DNA of 64,000 bases from Fimicolochytrium jonesii. Taxonomy: Eukaryota. Position numbers and translations under genes: made by a program. Positions 22,282 to 35,430 of the stretch are shown here, piece after piece (positions within the stretch are counted from its first letter, which is position 1; each line of letters opens with the position of its first letter). The stretch spans positions 1 through 64,000 of the forward strand of contig NW_026515687.1 in NCBI RefSeq assembly GCF_025526975.1. Direction: 5' to 3'. Under the pieces are notes generated by a model that did not search any database, was not told the origin of the DNA, and saw only the letters and a program-made list of their open reading frames with translations.

Positions 22282-25200
22282 CTAGCGACCAGCTCTTGAT
22301 CCGCCACGCCCACGTCCACCTCGTCCGCCGCGGTCACCTCCGTATCCACCACGACCTCCTCCGCGTCCTCCACGGTATCCCTGACCTCCGCCCTGGCCTC
22401 CGCCACGGTGGTCGCGCTGGCCACCACGGAACTCTCCACGCTTTTCTTGCGACTGCTGCTGCTGTTGCTGCAGGCCGAGGTGAATCGATCGGCTTTCGAG
22501 GAGACGCTCGTTGCTGTCGACGAGGTTCTGCACCTTGTCGGCATACACGCCAGCGAGGTGCTCGAGTCGTGATGTCTCGACGCCAGCCGCGCCGGCCGCA
22601 CGGTGAAGCACGATGCTGTTCGATGGCCTGTCGATGGACGCGTGGAGCTCTTCGTTGATGATCATGCGGGAAACGACACCGCGCACTTCGGCCGATGGGA
22701 AGTCGAACATAGAGGCCAGTTGGTCAATGCTTAGGGAGTCGTAGTAAGGGGAGTAGGTAAAGAAGTACGTGCGCAAGCCTTCCTCCTTGATCTTTTTGGT
22801 GAGGAGGTTCTTGATTTGTTCGGTGTTCGGCATCAGGTCCCAGATCTTGACGGCGTGTATTAACTCTACGCAGCGTTCCCATTCGCCAGCGGCGAGGGCC
22901 TTGGCTGCGGTCATGATGTGGTCCCTAGTGTTCTCAGGGGGTCCTGATATCAAAGGTTAGTGAGAATGTCTCGATGCGGTAAGAACAATATTTGAAAGGT
23001 GAAGCTTACCTGCAAACACTTGGCGTTCGTTGTAGTCCAACATCCTCCTAAATGGCTTGCTGATAACCTTGCGGCGAGGTTCGTGGGCGTTGGCGGCCAT
23101 GTTCGGAATCTCCAAGAGCATGGAGCATGTCAAGTAGACACATTCCAGAAGTTCCAGGTTGATGTGCATGTGGAAAGGCAACTGCCTCTGCTTTTCCAGG
23201 CGCTCTTGTTCGGGTGTCTTCTCCATATACCGCTGCATCTGAACTCCTTGTGCCAAGAGCTCCTTGACCTTTCCGGAAGAGGACAGCTCTTGTAATGCGT
23301 TTGCTGCTTCCCGGATCAGACCGCATCGGAATGCGCACAGACCGAGCTGCGCCATTGTCCTGTTGAAGAGAATCTGCGTGTAAACTTCCGTCTGACCCAC
23401 GTGGTCCTGCAGGTGAGACATGAGCATAAGGTCGCGGGCTTTGTCGAATTTGTCGTGGAGAGCCAGATGGTAAACGTGGCACAAAAGGGCGCGGGTACGA
23501 ACGCGGTCGACGTCGGTCTTGTACAGACTTGTGCAGAGGTGTTCGACAAGGGTCTCGGGCTCTTCCAACGCCTCGGTCAGTGCTGGGTACAGTGTGCGCA
23601 CCTCCTTCTCCACAGCCCGGATCACGATGTCGGGTTTGTAGTAAATGTGCTCAATACGGCGCATCTTCGTGTGGTCAAGGGCCTGGGAGGCGTCAATGCG
23701 CTCGAAGTACTTCTGAGCGCGGACAATGAGGGCGTAGAGGCTGGTCTCGTCTCTCAGTCGGCTGACATAGTCCAGGGTGTGGGGGTCGATGTGTTGAAGA
23801 GATTTTGTGAATTCGTCGTCGATGCGGTCAATCAAGGATCCCAAGCTGCCACGAATAGTGATAGGAGCGGCATTCTTTGCCTTCTCCTCAGCGACCGTTT
23901 CCGAATCCTCCTCTTCCGTGAGCTCTACGATTTTGATGTTCTGGTGTTCCTCAAGAATGGCAAACAATGCGTTGAGCTCGGTGGCTGCGGATCTCCATAC
24001 GTCTGCAGCGACAAAGTTGGTGGAACTGGGTGCAGAGTCGAAGCGGGCAGGGATCAACGCGAGGAGAACCTTCGCTTTTTGATACGGCGTGGTGGCAACG
24101 TCTAAAATGCGTTGCAGATTGTCCATTTGCAATTGGCGATCCGTACCCTGAGGAAGTCATAATAAGGCAATTGAACTCAGAGAAGATCAGAAATCAGATT
24201 TCACCCACCTTTTTACCACGGGCCTCGATAATCTCCTGAAGTTTCTTGAAAAGATCCTCAGGCTTGACCTCGAAAGTCTTTCCACCTTTTCCGACAACTT
24301 GGAAATCGTCTCCACCTTCCTTCACGTCGCCCTTTACCCCTTTCCCGCCTGCCTGCTCGAAGTCGCTGTCGCCATCCTCAACCCTAGCCTTCTTGACGAA
24401 CTTTTCACGAGCCGCAAGTGCTTCTTCGTCATCGGCCTTCTTTGCAGCGAGCGCTTCAGCCTCATCTGCTGATTCGTCCTCGTCCACGGGGTTCTATCGT
24501 AAGGAAGGATTGTGATGAACATCGAGTTTCGCCCCCTAAGCAGTTAGGCCAAGCCACGGATCTCTCTACTTACAGCTTGGAATTTGGCGATGTCGGCCTC
24601 GTACTCCTTGTTGTGCTTCTTCAGCTTCTGTTTCATGGCATTGAGAGCTCGGGACGACGAAGCGTTCATTTTCTTCACGGCATCCTTATTCGCCGTAACC
24701 TGCTTCAGGTACTCCTCTAATTCTACGAGAGTACGAACGTAGAACCTCGGGACTCCCTCCCGGGAGATGATGGTGCTGGCCTTCGAGTACCCTTTGTTGA
24801 GTTTGTCGAACTCTGCAAATGACAAAGTTGTTTTCGTTAGGCGCCGAGAATAATAAGACATGCGCCATCCCAGTCGGAAGAGACATCCAACCCCGCTTCC
24901 TCCTTTCCGCCGCTCACGTCTCCTCCAAAAACCGTACCATTCTGAATTGCGACCCAGTCGTTGATCTTCTGTCCATTCTTCAATGCCTTCACAGAGCTCC
25001 GCATTTCGTCAAAGCGCTTGTCCCTCGCGGACTTGACGACCCGCTTCGTATCATCGTCAGAATCCTCGTCAGAGTCTGAGCCGGCAAAGCCACGCATGAA
25101 CCGGCTGGCTCCCGTCGCGGCTCCGCCCTTCTTGGCACCTGCTTCATTGTCGGAATCTGAGTCCGAATCACTGTCGTTGTCGTCGGATTCCGACGCAGAG

Positions 25201-25301
25201 GTTTCGTCTTCGTCGGACTTCTTAATGCGCTCCTCATCGGAAGAAGAGTAGTCGGATTCTGATTCCGAGCTGGAATCGCCTCCACGGAAGAAACGAGACA
25301 T
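22282..25301 (-). CDS. NIP1: Translation initiation factor eIF3 subunit c
   Basis: MSRFF...; KRVVKSARDKRF; DDEFTKSLQHIDPHT; RQLPFHMHINLELLECVYL; GPPENTRDH; PCI domain; 5 exons. Confidence 0.97.
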
Positions 25302-26054
25302 GGTTGAAGAGGGTCGAAATTTGGAAGGTGCTATGAAAGTCGATTTTCAGTGGGAGTGGGATCTCGAAGTACTAGCCCCCCTGTCGTTGGTACCGCCTGC
25401 AGTGAGTGCTGTGCCTGATTAAGAACGAGGCAGGTGCGGTTGTTGTGCAGTTGATTTCCCAGGCGGCCTCGGGGGATCTGGCTATGGAATTCGAACGTCC
25501 GGTTCGCAAGTGTCCGTTTTTCTTTTGGGCGGACGGTCCCTCTGATTGCCCTTCCTCGCGTCACACAAGGCCAAAGCGCGTCTCATGTAACCCACTCCGT
25601 CCCAACTGAATTTGAATATCTCGAAGACGCAGATTATAACCATGCATGTACTGTACAGTACAATCTGATTCCAAATGCATGCTAGGCTACATATGCCATG
25701 TCCATCCCTCATTTCCTTCCATGCCTACATACTGCCTGCTGCGATGCACGATGATAGTGACGGTTGCTACCTAAATATAGGGAAAAGGCAAAGTGACGGA
25801 GAATGCGATCGATGTGCTACGATGAGCGATGTGATGTTCACGCATGGAGTCGGGAACAGCAGTAACAGGCGATAGATGAGAGTACAGATTGAGGCACTGC
25901 GTTTTCGCCACTGCTTGACGTAAGAAGGCACGCCGAGGTGATCTGACCGCGACCTTTTCTCGTACAGTTGTTCGTGGGCATCCGGGCCGTCCGTTTCGCT
26001 GCTCGTTTCAACGGCGCTCGTACAACGGCTCCTGGGAACCCAGTCAATAGGCGC

Positions 26055-27790
26055 TCATTTAGCGCCAGCCTTCTTCTTCTTGTTCGCCCCGTCATCTTTT
26101 ACCGGCTTCCCACCCTTGTCCCCTGCAACCGCGGTTTTCTTCTTTGAAGGCTTCGGCTTGAGCAGGCTGGTCAGTAAGCCTTCCTCTTCCTCATCATCAA
26201 GTTCGAGAAAACTGATGTCTACATCCATTTCCTCGCCGCCCAAGAACTCCTTCATGATGTTTGCCACGGCCTCCGACACTTTTTCAGTCTTTCTCCTGAC
26301 TTGCTCGTTGTCGCCGCCGACCCTCTCCGCTAGTATCTTATTGATTTTGTCCTTCCTCGCGACCTTGCCCGCCTTTGGGCCAGGTCGCGCTTGGCCCTCT
26401 TCACGCTTGCCTTCCTCCCCAGCAGCCCCTTTCTTCGCATTCTGAAAGCTCGCTTGCATTTGATCAACCAGATCTTGCAGCGCGTCGGAGAGCTTCATTC
26501 CTATCCCTTCCAACCCTCTCTCCCTATCTTCATCCACTTTGTCGCCAGCTGCTGCTCGCTCGACTATTACGCCTTCCGGCAAATTCGATTCCCGGTGCTT
26601 GGCATCCTTCGCCTGTGCCGTCGACTGGTCTGGTGAACCGCCAAGGGTTTGCTGCGGTTTCGATTGCGAGTAAGACGCGAAGATTCGCGCCACTTGCTGT
26701 ACTCGCTGCCATTTCAGCGCCTTCGTCAAAGAGACTTCATCTACACCATGCATCTCGGCTGCCATAACAATGTGGGTGTCGTCGTGTCCCGATGCTTGCC
26801 CTGATGGGTGCGAATCTGGCACATCCACGGAATGGCAACGAATCGGCGATATGTTCACGTTGTGTTCGTTGAAAAACGGGGAGAAGACGGGGTCCGTGCA
26901 AAGTCTCGCAGTGTGGATCGTTACGAGGTACTGGCATGTCAGAGTTTCTCTGACGTCGTGAATTCGATCATGTAATGCATGAGGATTGCAGTAGAACTTT
27001 TTCAAAGGAAGGAATCAGAGCTTCCGTGTTGCGAATGCCTGTGGTTGTCCAGCATACCTACCTCAATGTTGACAGACCGCTCCGCGCCGTTGAGATCACA
27101 CTTGGTACCGCCGCCCCATCTCTGGAGGACATGTGCGTGCTTAGCGCCAGCACCTTCCTCTATGACTACCAAGTCGCTAGATTCGGCCGCAACGCCGTCT
27201 TTCGGCTTCTCCCCACCGCCTGCCTGTCCTAGAACGTAGTTTTGACTCCGTATCTCCTCCAGTTGGGCAGGGGTCTTTGATGCAGCCTCCTGCTCTGTCA
27301 TGTGATGCCATTGTCTGATGTGTCGATGCGGACAGAACTCATACGTCCAGTAGTCCTTGAACCACAGTAAACAACTCGCCGGGAACTTTCTGATCCCTAG
27401 AGCTTCCTGCGCAACCTTGTTGGCCAGCTCCAGACGGTTCTCTGCAGACCGGGGTTGGCTGTGGAACTTATCCATCCCCCTTTCACTCGACTTTTCCGGC
27501 TCCCCTGGAAGAACACAGAAGTACCGCTGTCCTGATGGGCTTCGCAGCCAGTCACCGGCAGGGTGACCGGTCGGTGTGAATAAGTTCGTCGTCGAAGCGA
27601 CCAAGTCCTCGAGAGCAGATTGCGATGTCACTCGTTTCGTGATGCGAACTTGATGTTGAGGGACCGCAAAGAGGTCCGCATACACATCGACAACGGACGA
27701 CAGACATGGTACTGCGCTGGCAAGAAGTACCAGCCATGGGAGGAGGCTTCGCAGATGCCCGCTTTGTGGTGGTCGGTTGGTCTTGGACAT
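26055..27790 (-). CDS. YOS9: OS-9/Yos9-like ER lectin (MRH/PRKCSH domain)
   Basis: Signal peptide; YWTYEFCPHRHIRQWH, QRWGGGTKCDLNGAERS..E/FYC, ETLTCQYLVTIHTARLC; one intron ~26997-27061. Confidence 0.85.
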
Positions 27791-27953
27791 TGGGGCGTTT
27801 CGAGAACACCTGGTGGAGCAGGCGGATAAGGCTCGAGTGCGACGAGCACTGCAACGTATGGCTAGCTCGTTCGTATAGTATTCCGAGTTGATCGCCTAGG
27901 AAAGTACTTGTGGGCGAACGTCAAATTGTAATGAAGAGTAGGTCCAGGGAAGG

Positions 27954-29177
27954 ATGCCCTCCGTTCGAAATTTCAGCGAGACGGCCGTTGAGGTGACGTG
28001 GGGGGGAGTGATCGATTGACAGGAAGGCTTTTCACGTAAGCAATCGTTGCACTCTCCGCCTGTCAGTTTCCCGACAGCAACCAAACGACTCGAAGATTGC
28101 AGGTACACGACGCCCGTTCTCGCAAGATTCAGTGGGACAACATGCCTCCAATAGCAGTACCAAGCGTCATAACAGAACCGCAGCGCTATCAACGCCGACA
28201 TTATGTGCAGGCAGATTTTGTGTATGATGACAACATGAACGTCACAAAGAAGACTCTTGCAGATACGGGGAGGTTTGTCAACTGCTATTTGGGCTTGCAT
28301 TCGGAGCTACCGATGCGTTGCAAAGCCTACCAACTGACTATTCCCCTCTTACCCAGGAATCAACATGTTTCCTCCTCGAGAGATGAACCTACCGGTCCGT
28401 CTACGTACCGGAATGACTTCAAGCAGAGCGATTCTGGACCCCGAGCTCTGGCGTATGGTCCGGTGGCAGAAGTAAGACCAAGTTACTGCTAGAGCATGGA
28501 GCTCAATGACGAACATCTGGGCTGAAATATTTTCAACGCAGTCGTACTACTACCGGTCCTTGAGAGATGGCAACTACCCAAACGCTGCACTGAAACAACG
28601 CGTAGCGCAAGCGGACCGCTTAGCTCACCTGTCTAGCTATCAGGAGGCCTGTCAAGGTGCGTGATCTCGTATGTAAAGTCTGTGATTCGCCGAAGGAATG
28701 GCTGAACCCAGAATGCCCTCGGGCTTCACGATGTAGATCGAATGGAACTCCCGAAGATTCAATCAGCGAAAGACCGAACCGGAAAATCTCTATATCAGTC
28801 TTCCTACGTCACATATGGTGAGGAGGATACTGCCAAGCTATCAGATGGAGCAAACCCGTGGGGTAAAACGAAGCTTTTGTATGTCCCAGGCACTAAAGGT
28901 ATGCAAGCGTCCGAGACCAGCGCGGCGTTCTTCTCATGACGAAAAACATTTTAACGCACGGATTCCCTTTCCGAAAACAGCTACGGTCCGAGACCTTCTG
29001 CATGTGACCCCACCACAGCACTATACCTCCTACAAAAGCGACTACCAGCAATGGCCTGCGTTTGAGAATGATGCAGGCCCTTTGCCTGCGGCACCTTTAT
29101 CGTCTCTTGATGCTTGTCGTACGGTAGTGCCGAAAGCTTTCAAGTACAGGCGGTGGGGTGGATGGAACGGGCTTTAG
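27954..29177 (+). CDS. Hypothetical multi-exon protein with repeated (S/T)xYxxx(Y/F) motifs; possible axonemal microtubule inner protein
   Basis: Motifs STYRNDF, SSYQEA, SLYQSSY, SETSAAF, TSYKSDY across exons with GT-AG introns; start and one frame junction uncertain. Confidence 0.45.
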
Positions 29178-29758
29178 GGGTAGCAACATAGCATAGCGCT
29201 GAAGTAGCTCCATATATAGGGAGATTACAGTGCTCGGACTTGATGTTAGCCAATAGTAAAGGAGCAAATTATTGCTGGGCGTGTGCAGTTTGGATGAGTT
29301 GCAATACTCGACCGCTTGCAGCACTGGAACAGTGGTTGAGCCCACTGTCGATCTGCCCGTATGATGAATCCACCTGGTTTCCGATACTCATTTCTGTGCG
29401 ACTTGCAATTTGAGCAAGCGCTCGACTTTGAGAGACGTTGCTCGTCGTGTTTCTGATGGGAGGGCTACGTCAGGACTTCAAAAGGACGTTTCCCACCTCA
29501 GCACCCCCCAGTATTCACCGGAAAAGGACCAACGAATCTTATACCGAACACAACGAAATACCACCCACAGTGAGACGGAACAAGCACTCCAGGAAGAGGC
29601 AGCAGTGATAGTGTAAGTCATTAGCCCATTTCTCGTGGGAAACTGTTGCAATGAAGTCGGCCTAATATGAGTCGGACTTCCAGTTTCGACGCACGATAGC
29701 ACAATACATACCAAGATCAAAGTCAGATATCATAATCTGGCTTTCCGTTTGAGTGCGC

Positions 29759-32700
29759 ATGAATGAGATAAGCGGCGATAGTTTTGTTCGCACTCTTGCA
29801 ACCCACTTTCGGGAAAGTGGGGCGGCCGTTCTCGATGCTGCCAGGAAAGCGGTCAGCAGGCTTGACCAGACTTCTGAGCTTGACGTTCGAGCCGACCATG
29901 GCCCGCCGTCCGGCAGGGCTGCTACTCAATCAGTGCCAACTTCCGCATTTGCCTCCTATTTCTCAGCCGCCATAGGATTAGGCACGACGACTCCTACGGC
30001 GAAAGGGAGGACCTATGCTACGTTTACCTCACCTTCCGGTGACTACACGGCGTTGGCCATGGATCCATATCATTTGGAGTATCTGGGAAGCTTGTTCCAA
30101 GAGTCGCCGCTTGTTCGAGAGTACATTAGCGACAGCAGAGTGAATGGACTTGTTCCAAATATCCTGTCGGCTCAACCCAGTGGACAATCGAACAGCACAT
30201 CTTCGTATCTCACATTCCTCTGGTCGCAATCAACACACGAAGGCCCACCGGCACCGACCACCACAGTAGACGAAGACGTACTCTATCTTTACAAGTTCTT
30301 TGCTGCACTGCCTGCCTTACGTATTGCCCCTGTCCGCCGCAACCGCATCACTGGTTTTCAGCCATCATCCCAGCTGAGCTCGGTTGATTTGTCCCCATTC
30401 CATGAACTCGTTTCTCTGGAATTCGATGCCGTCCATCCCAACGTAGTTTGCGCATGGGGTGAGGTCCGAACGCGGCTTAGGGCTCTTTCATGCCGTTATG
30501 TCTTGAAGAATGCGGAGGACCTTGTGATCGCGTTTCAGGAGTCGATTCGAAAACCGTCGATCTATGATCCAGACGCTCCGGACGCCGCTGATGTGGATGA
30601 CGGCGTCCAAGTCTTCTTCCCAGTCCTCACGCATCTGACTCTAGCAGGGAACTTCCTCTCTGAGATTCCGATCTCCCTTATATCGCACATGCCTCAATGT
30701 GCGTATCTGAACTTGTCCTCGAATGCTCTGTCGGTCGTGCCGCCGGCACTGTCAGCGCTTGCCGAGCTGCTTGTGGTTGATCTATCCGGAAACCGAATCA
30801 CCTCCATTGCAGAGGCCGGAGATGAGTTACGGAATGTGACTATACTGCTCCTGCAATCGAACGCATTGGAGAACCTTCTTGGAGTAGAGAGTCTCGCCCG
30901 ACTTCAGTGTCTTGATGTTTCGGACAACAAGATATGGGACGTGTATGAGGTGGGGAGGCTTGCGGTTTTGATGGAGGTCAAGGAAATATGGATAGCGGAC
31001 AACCCGCTTACCAAACTGGTAGGCATTGCCTCAAATCGCCCATGCGCTCTTCTGTTTTCTGATATCCCTTCGTTTTTGGTAGCCAAGTTTCCGGACGAAC
31101 ATCTTCACGTATTTCAAAGATCGAGCGTTTGGCCTTCTCTTGGACGGAAATCTGCCTTCTAATGTGGAGCAAAAAGCTGTGCAAGCGAACATGACCGTGG
31201 CCGCAGAGGCGGCATCATCGCGCACCTCCCCGCATGTCAAGTCAAGCGGAGGGAAAACGCGGTCTACGGTGTCCAAAGATGCCAGCGCACGCGAGGGTGA
31301 TCGAAAGAGCACAACGAGCGGCAAGCGCTCTGCAAAGTCTACTGCCGATAAAGAAGAAAGGCAGAAGAGGAGGGAACGGAAAGCCGCGAAAGCCCTCTCT
31401 CAGCAAGCAAGGGAAGAAGGTGGAACAACTGCCGCGGAGCCAGTTAGCAAAGTCACTATCCCTGAGCAACCGGAGCAGGCTGCCGGGGACCATACAAGCG
31501 GCTTGGAAATACGGCCGTCTGGACCCACAACTGCGAAAGTTCCAAGAAGGACAAGATTGGCTGAACTGGAGAACAGCGTTGATCCGAACGGAGGGAGGGC
31601 TGGAACCGACATATTGGTCAGCCGAGGCCTCAAGAAGAAGACCAAGCCAAAGGTTCCCAAGAACGCGAAAGTCGCTAAAGAGGTGGCAACGGGTCCGTCA
31701 GTAGACGCGCTGGATACCCCAAACTCATCTCATGCTTCCATTGCCGAATCCCCGTTTGGCGAGACGCCGGCGTCCTCCACCCCCACATCTATTGCGGCTT
31801 CTGGCGCACCGAGTCCTGCTATTTCTCGCCGAACTTCTCAACCCAAGCCTAGCGACCTGGGCAGCAAAAGCGATGTGCAGAACAAAGAGGCGGAAACAAC
31901 AACGACAGTAGAGCCTCGTCACCCAGACATTCCCCATGCCCTTCCTCCCATGCCGCCTCCCGTCGCCGATGGCTCGTTCAGCGGTGGTAGTCTTGATCAC
32001 GTTGTCTCACTTATCGCCGTTCCACAACTCTTCACAGCGCCACCAATACTGCCTCCGCCTCTGCCTCAACCGCCAGCTGTTCCGCCGGGAGGACTCATAG
32101 AAACGATCGGTCCCTACCGGCGTATCTTTCAGTTTGACGCCTCGGTGGACTCCCGCTCCGCAAAGAGCTCTTCGTCGAACGTTAAATGGGTCTTCCCCTC
32201 CAACGGGATGGACCGGAGAGCTGAACTCAAAGCCGGCCGCTCAGCTAGACCCTCGTTCCGCCGTCGGGTATCGTCAGGTCCAGATGTGGAGGTGGGTCGC
32301 CAGGAAGATTTTGAAGGCGTCGAGAGCTCGCCGATTCAGGAGCGCAAAGGGAGCCAAGACAAGGTCGGCATTCTTGATGATGCTTCCCTTCCAGCGCTGC
32401 GGGTTGGTACCGCCGAACCCGCCGCCGAGTGCAAAAGGAAAGATCAGCTGACGAGAAGTCAGGAATTGAGACCTCCGTCCCCACCCGCACTCGTCCTCGC
32501 TCGACCATTGCGTTCGAATTTCACCGGCTCGGTGACCGCATCCACCCGCAGTGGTGGACGGTCGAACCTCACTGCGCCGGCGTACACAAGGATTTCCCAG
32601 GAGTCCTTGTCGGGTTCAGTTGTCGGGTCAGCCATAACATGGGCATCGATGCCCTCGTGGATGCGCCCGGGCCAAGCCACCGATACCAATATGATTCCCA

Positions 32701-34589
32701 GCGCACCGACCTTACCGTTCACGACGCTGACAAACGATTTGAAGCTGTACCTTATGATGCACATTGTGAAGGACCAATCCAAAGAGAAGTGCTTGCTCTG
32801 GGTTCCAGCTTCGTGCGTCGTGCAGCTCCCTCCGGACACAATAGCGGACAGCGGCAAACCGAAAGGCTGGTTTTATAGCGCCACAAAAGAGCAAGAACGT
32901 TGGCGAACGCCTGATTACCTCCCGGCTCAACGGCCATGTTACCTTCTTATCACGAATTTCCGACTGTATATCTTCGAGCCCAAGTTCAGATTCCCTTTTG
33001 TTGGACGATCAGGATCCCACTCCCAAGACACTCGTTATGATACCGATATTTCGTCACTCATTCGTTTGCTAAGGTGCATTCGGTTGACAGCGCTATCAAG
33101 AGTGGATGTCGGTCTGAATCGACAAAGCACTGTACTGCGATATTATGTTCGTGGAAGCGTGGCGCCCTCTGGACAGAGTGCGATTCATGAATCGCTGCAT
33201 TGGATGGAACCAGGCGGTGTGTCGCCTTACGCGGACAAAGGCAGCAAGGGATATTGGGAAAGTGTGAACATCATCACGCGGGATAAGGTGACGACCACCG
33301 CATTCTTGGACATTCTGGCGGAGAATCACGCGAAACTGCTCCAAAACGAGGACAAGGGATCGCAGAGTAGTCTCAATGGTGACGTGGACGCGCAGTACCT
33401 CGACCATTTCGTCAATGAGCATCCGCACTGGGTCGTGGATGGCATCGCGGACAAGGTCCTTCTTCGCAAAAGCCAGCGACGGTTCACAAAGCCCTCCTCG
33501 TGGGCGCCGCGGACCCCGTCACATAGTCAGACACTACATACGTCTTCGCCAGGGGCGTGGTATCGACGTCTGCTGCGAGGTCCACAGCCCGCTGCCCCTG
33601 CACAAACCAATGGGGCGAGACCGTCTGATGCGGACAAGAAGATGGCTGGAGATCTTCTCAAGGAGGAAGACGAGGATCCTGCAGTTGTGCAGCCGCCCGA
33701 CAGCCCGCCATCCACCATTGGCCTCTATTTGCTTGTCGGGCTGATCATCGGGGAATCTGGTGACCATACCGATTCATCTCGACCCATATCAGTTCGACCT
33801 TTGTCACTGGCAGCCACCAAGGATTTCCTCTACCTGTTTACTGAACGCCACGATATTTGGCCGCCACTGCTGTTTCCCCCCGAGTGTCACACACCTCCGT
33901 GGGTCAATGAGGTGATTCACAAGCGCGTTGCAGCAGCACACACGAATGGGCGCCCGCAGAATATGAAAGGCATCCTGGCCGATGCGGTGTCCATGGTCTC
34001 TCATGTAATCGACATCGCCAAACTGCGTGACATAATTCGTTGCGAGCGGTGGCGGACCTGGCGCTGGACGAACGCAGGCGCAGGGGAAGGCGCCATCGTT
34101 CAGAATGGATACATCGGCAGCTGGAGAAAAGGCAAGCGAAGAGACTATGGTGCCGGCCGGTTACCAGATTGGGGATGGTCCGCTGAGGGCGAATGCGTCG
34201 AAGGCAGTACGGCTGGCTGGAGCTGGTGGGTGCGTGTGGTCTTCCGCGACCCGATACCGCCGCCATCTTCCCAGTCCGACGGTCAGACCCCGCAAGACGG
34301 TCCAAACCCGGCAATGGCCGCATTACCACGGCGCCCACCTTCCGCCATCGATATGGGCGAATCGAACAACTGCTACTGGGATCTCGTGTTCGGTTCGCTC
34401 GACAGTGCAAATGAGTTCATACAGTTTCTGCGGGAGACCCGTGGCTCACGTTCCGGGTTCGATTTGGACCTTGCAGTCCCTGAAGCCAGCATCACCTTTG
34501 ACTCTGCGCACAGTGCCGAGAGCAACGACTCAAGCTCGCACCCACATCAAGATGACTCTGGTATCGAATTCATCATCGGCGATGATTGA
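29759..34589 (+). CDS. Large leucine-rich-repeat protein, STK11IP/nischarin-like
   Basis: LRRs (LTHLTLAGNFL, YLNLSSNAL, VVDLSGNRI, LLLQSNAL, LDVSDNKI, IADNPL), intron 31019-31083, long disordered linker and PH-like C-terminal regions (YLLITNFRLYIF). Confidence 0.75.
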
Positions 34590-34723
34590 GCGGCTCTTCG
34601 TCGGTTGATCTCCCTCTCACCGACGTATCTGACCTCATCGTTCCTTTTTGCGTTCTATTTTGCGAATGTCTATGTACATATCCTATATACCCATTATAGA
34701 GCGGATTCTCCCGAATCAATATG

Positions 34724-35229
34724 CTACTTTGCATTTGGTTTTGCAGACACTTTTTCCCAAAATTCATCGTTTGACGTTGATTGCCGCTGTTCCTCCTTCT
34801 CTACTTTCTTCTTGAGATACTGTGTCTGGAGATCTTTCACACGCAACAAACTGAAATGTTGAACCTAATATGGGAAAAATTAGCCATGGTCAGAGACCTT
34901 GTCACACGATTAGAAGCACTGCTGTTTTACAAGCCCTCAGGACTTACCCAACTCGCTAAACACTCCTTGTCAAACTCGGCCTTTGCAGCCTTGCAAGCAA
35001 AAAGTTTCTGCTTTTGATCCTTTGAGAGATTCCTATCCTTCTCACTCGCGATAGTGAGTCGCTGCGGATCTATTGCTATTATCTCGTCGTGCGTTTGAGG
35101 TGCCAGGCCTTGCAGGTACAGGTTGTGGGCGTCCAGGCAGGTAAAATATGCATCTCGGGCCTGCCAGCAACGCGAGCGCGCGGAGCGTGATGGTGGGAGC
35201 GAGCCCAGTTTCGGCTGTTCGGCAGGCAT
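34724..35229 (-). CDS. COA6: Cytochrome c oxidase assembly factor 6-like (twin CXnC)
   Basis: PPSRSARSRCWQARDAYFTCLD...C...F...CLASWV/QHF; one intron ~34864-34946. Confidence 0.85.
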
Positions 35230-35430
35230 TGCAGGTGCTTGGATCCAGAATCCCGAAGCCGAGGAGAAAACGCAGCGGGTGCAAGAGGTGCAGTGTGATA
35301 AAGGGCTCTATGGGCTGAAAGGTTTCTCAGACACGAACAACCGTCGACGTTGAGGATGGACATTCCCAACAACGCCAGCAAGCAGGAGCATTGGAACAAA
35401 GGGGAGAACTCGTTTTGTTATTGTATCGTA

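Noticed and set aside
23401..24105. 234-aa plus-strand ORF (and similar long antisense ORFs at 16327-17004, 35675-36505, 44412-45380)
   Set aside because: Opposite-strand shadows of GC-rich coding sequence with no protein-family features.
27891..27904. X-box-like ATCGCCTAGGAAAG upstream of the putative flagellar gene
   Set aside because: Imperfect match, no equivalent seen upstream of the dynein gene, and RFX control of cilia genes is not established in fungi.
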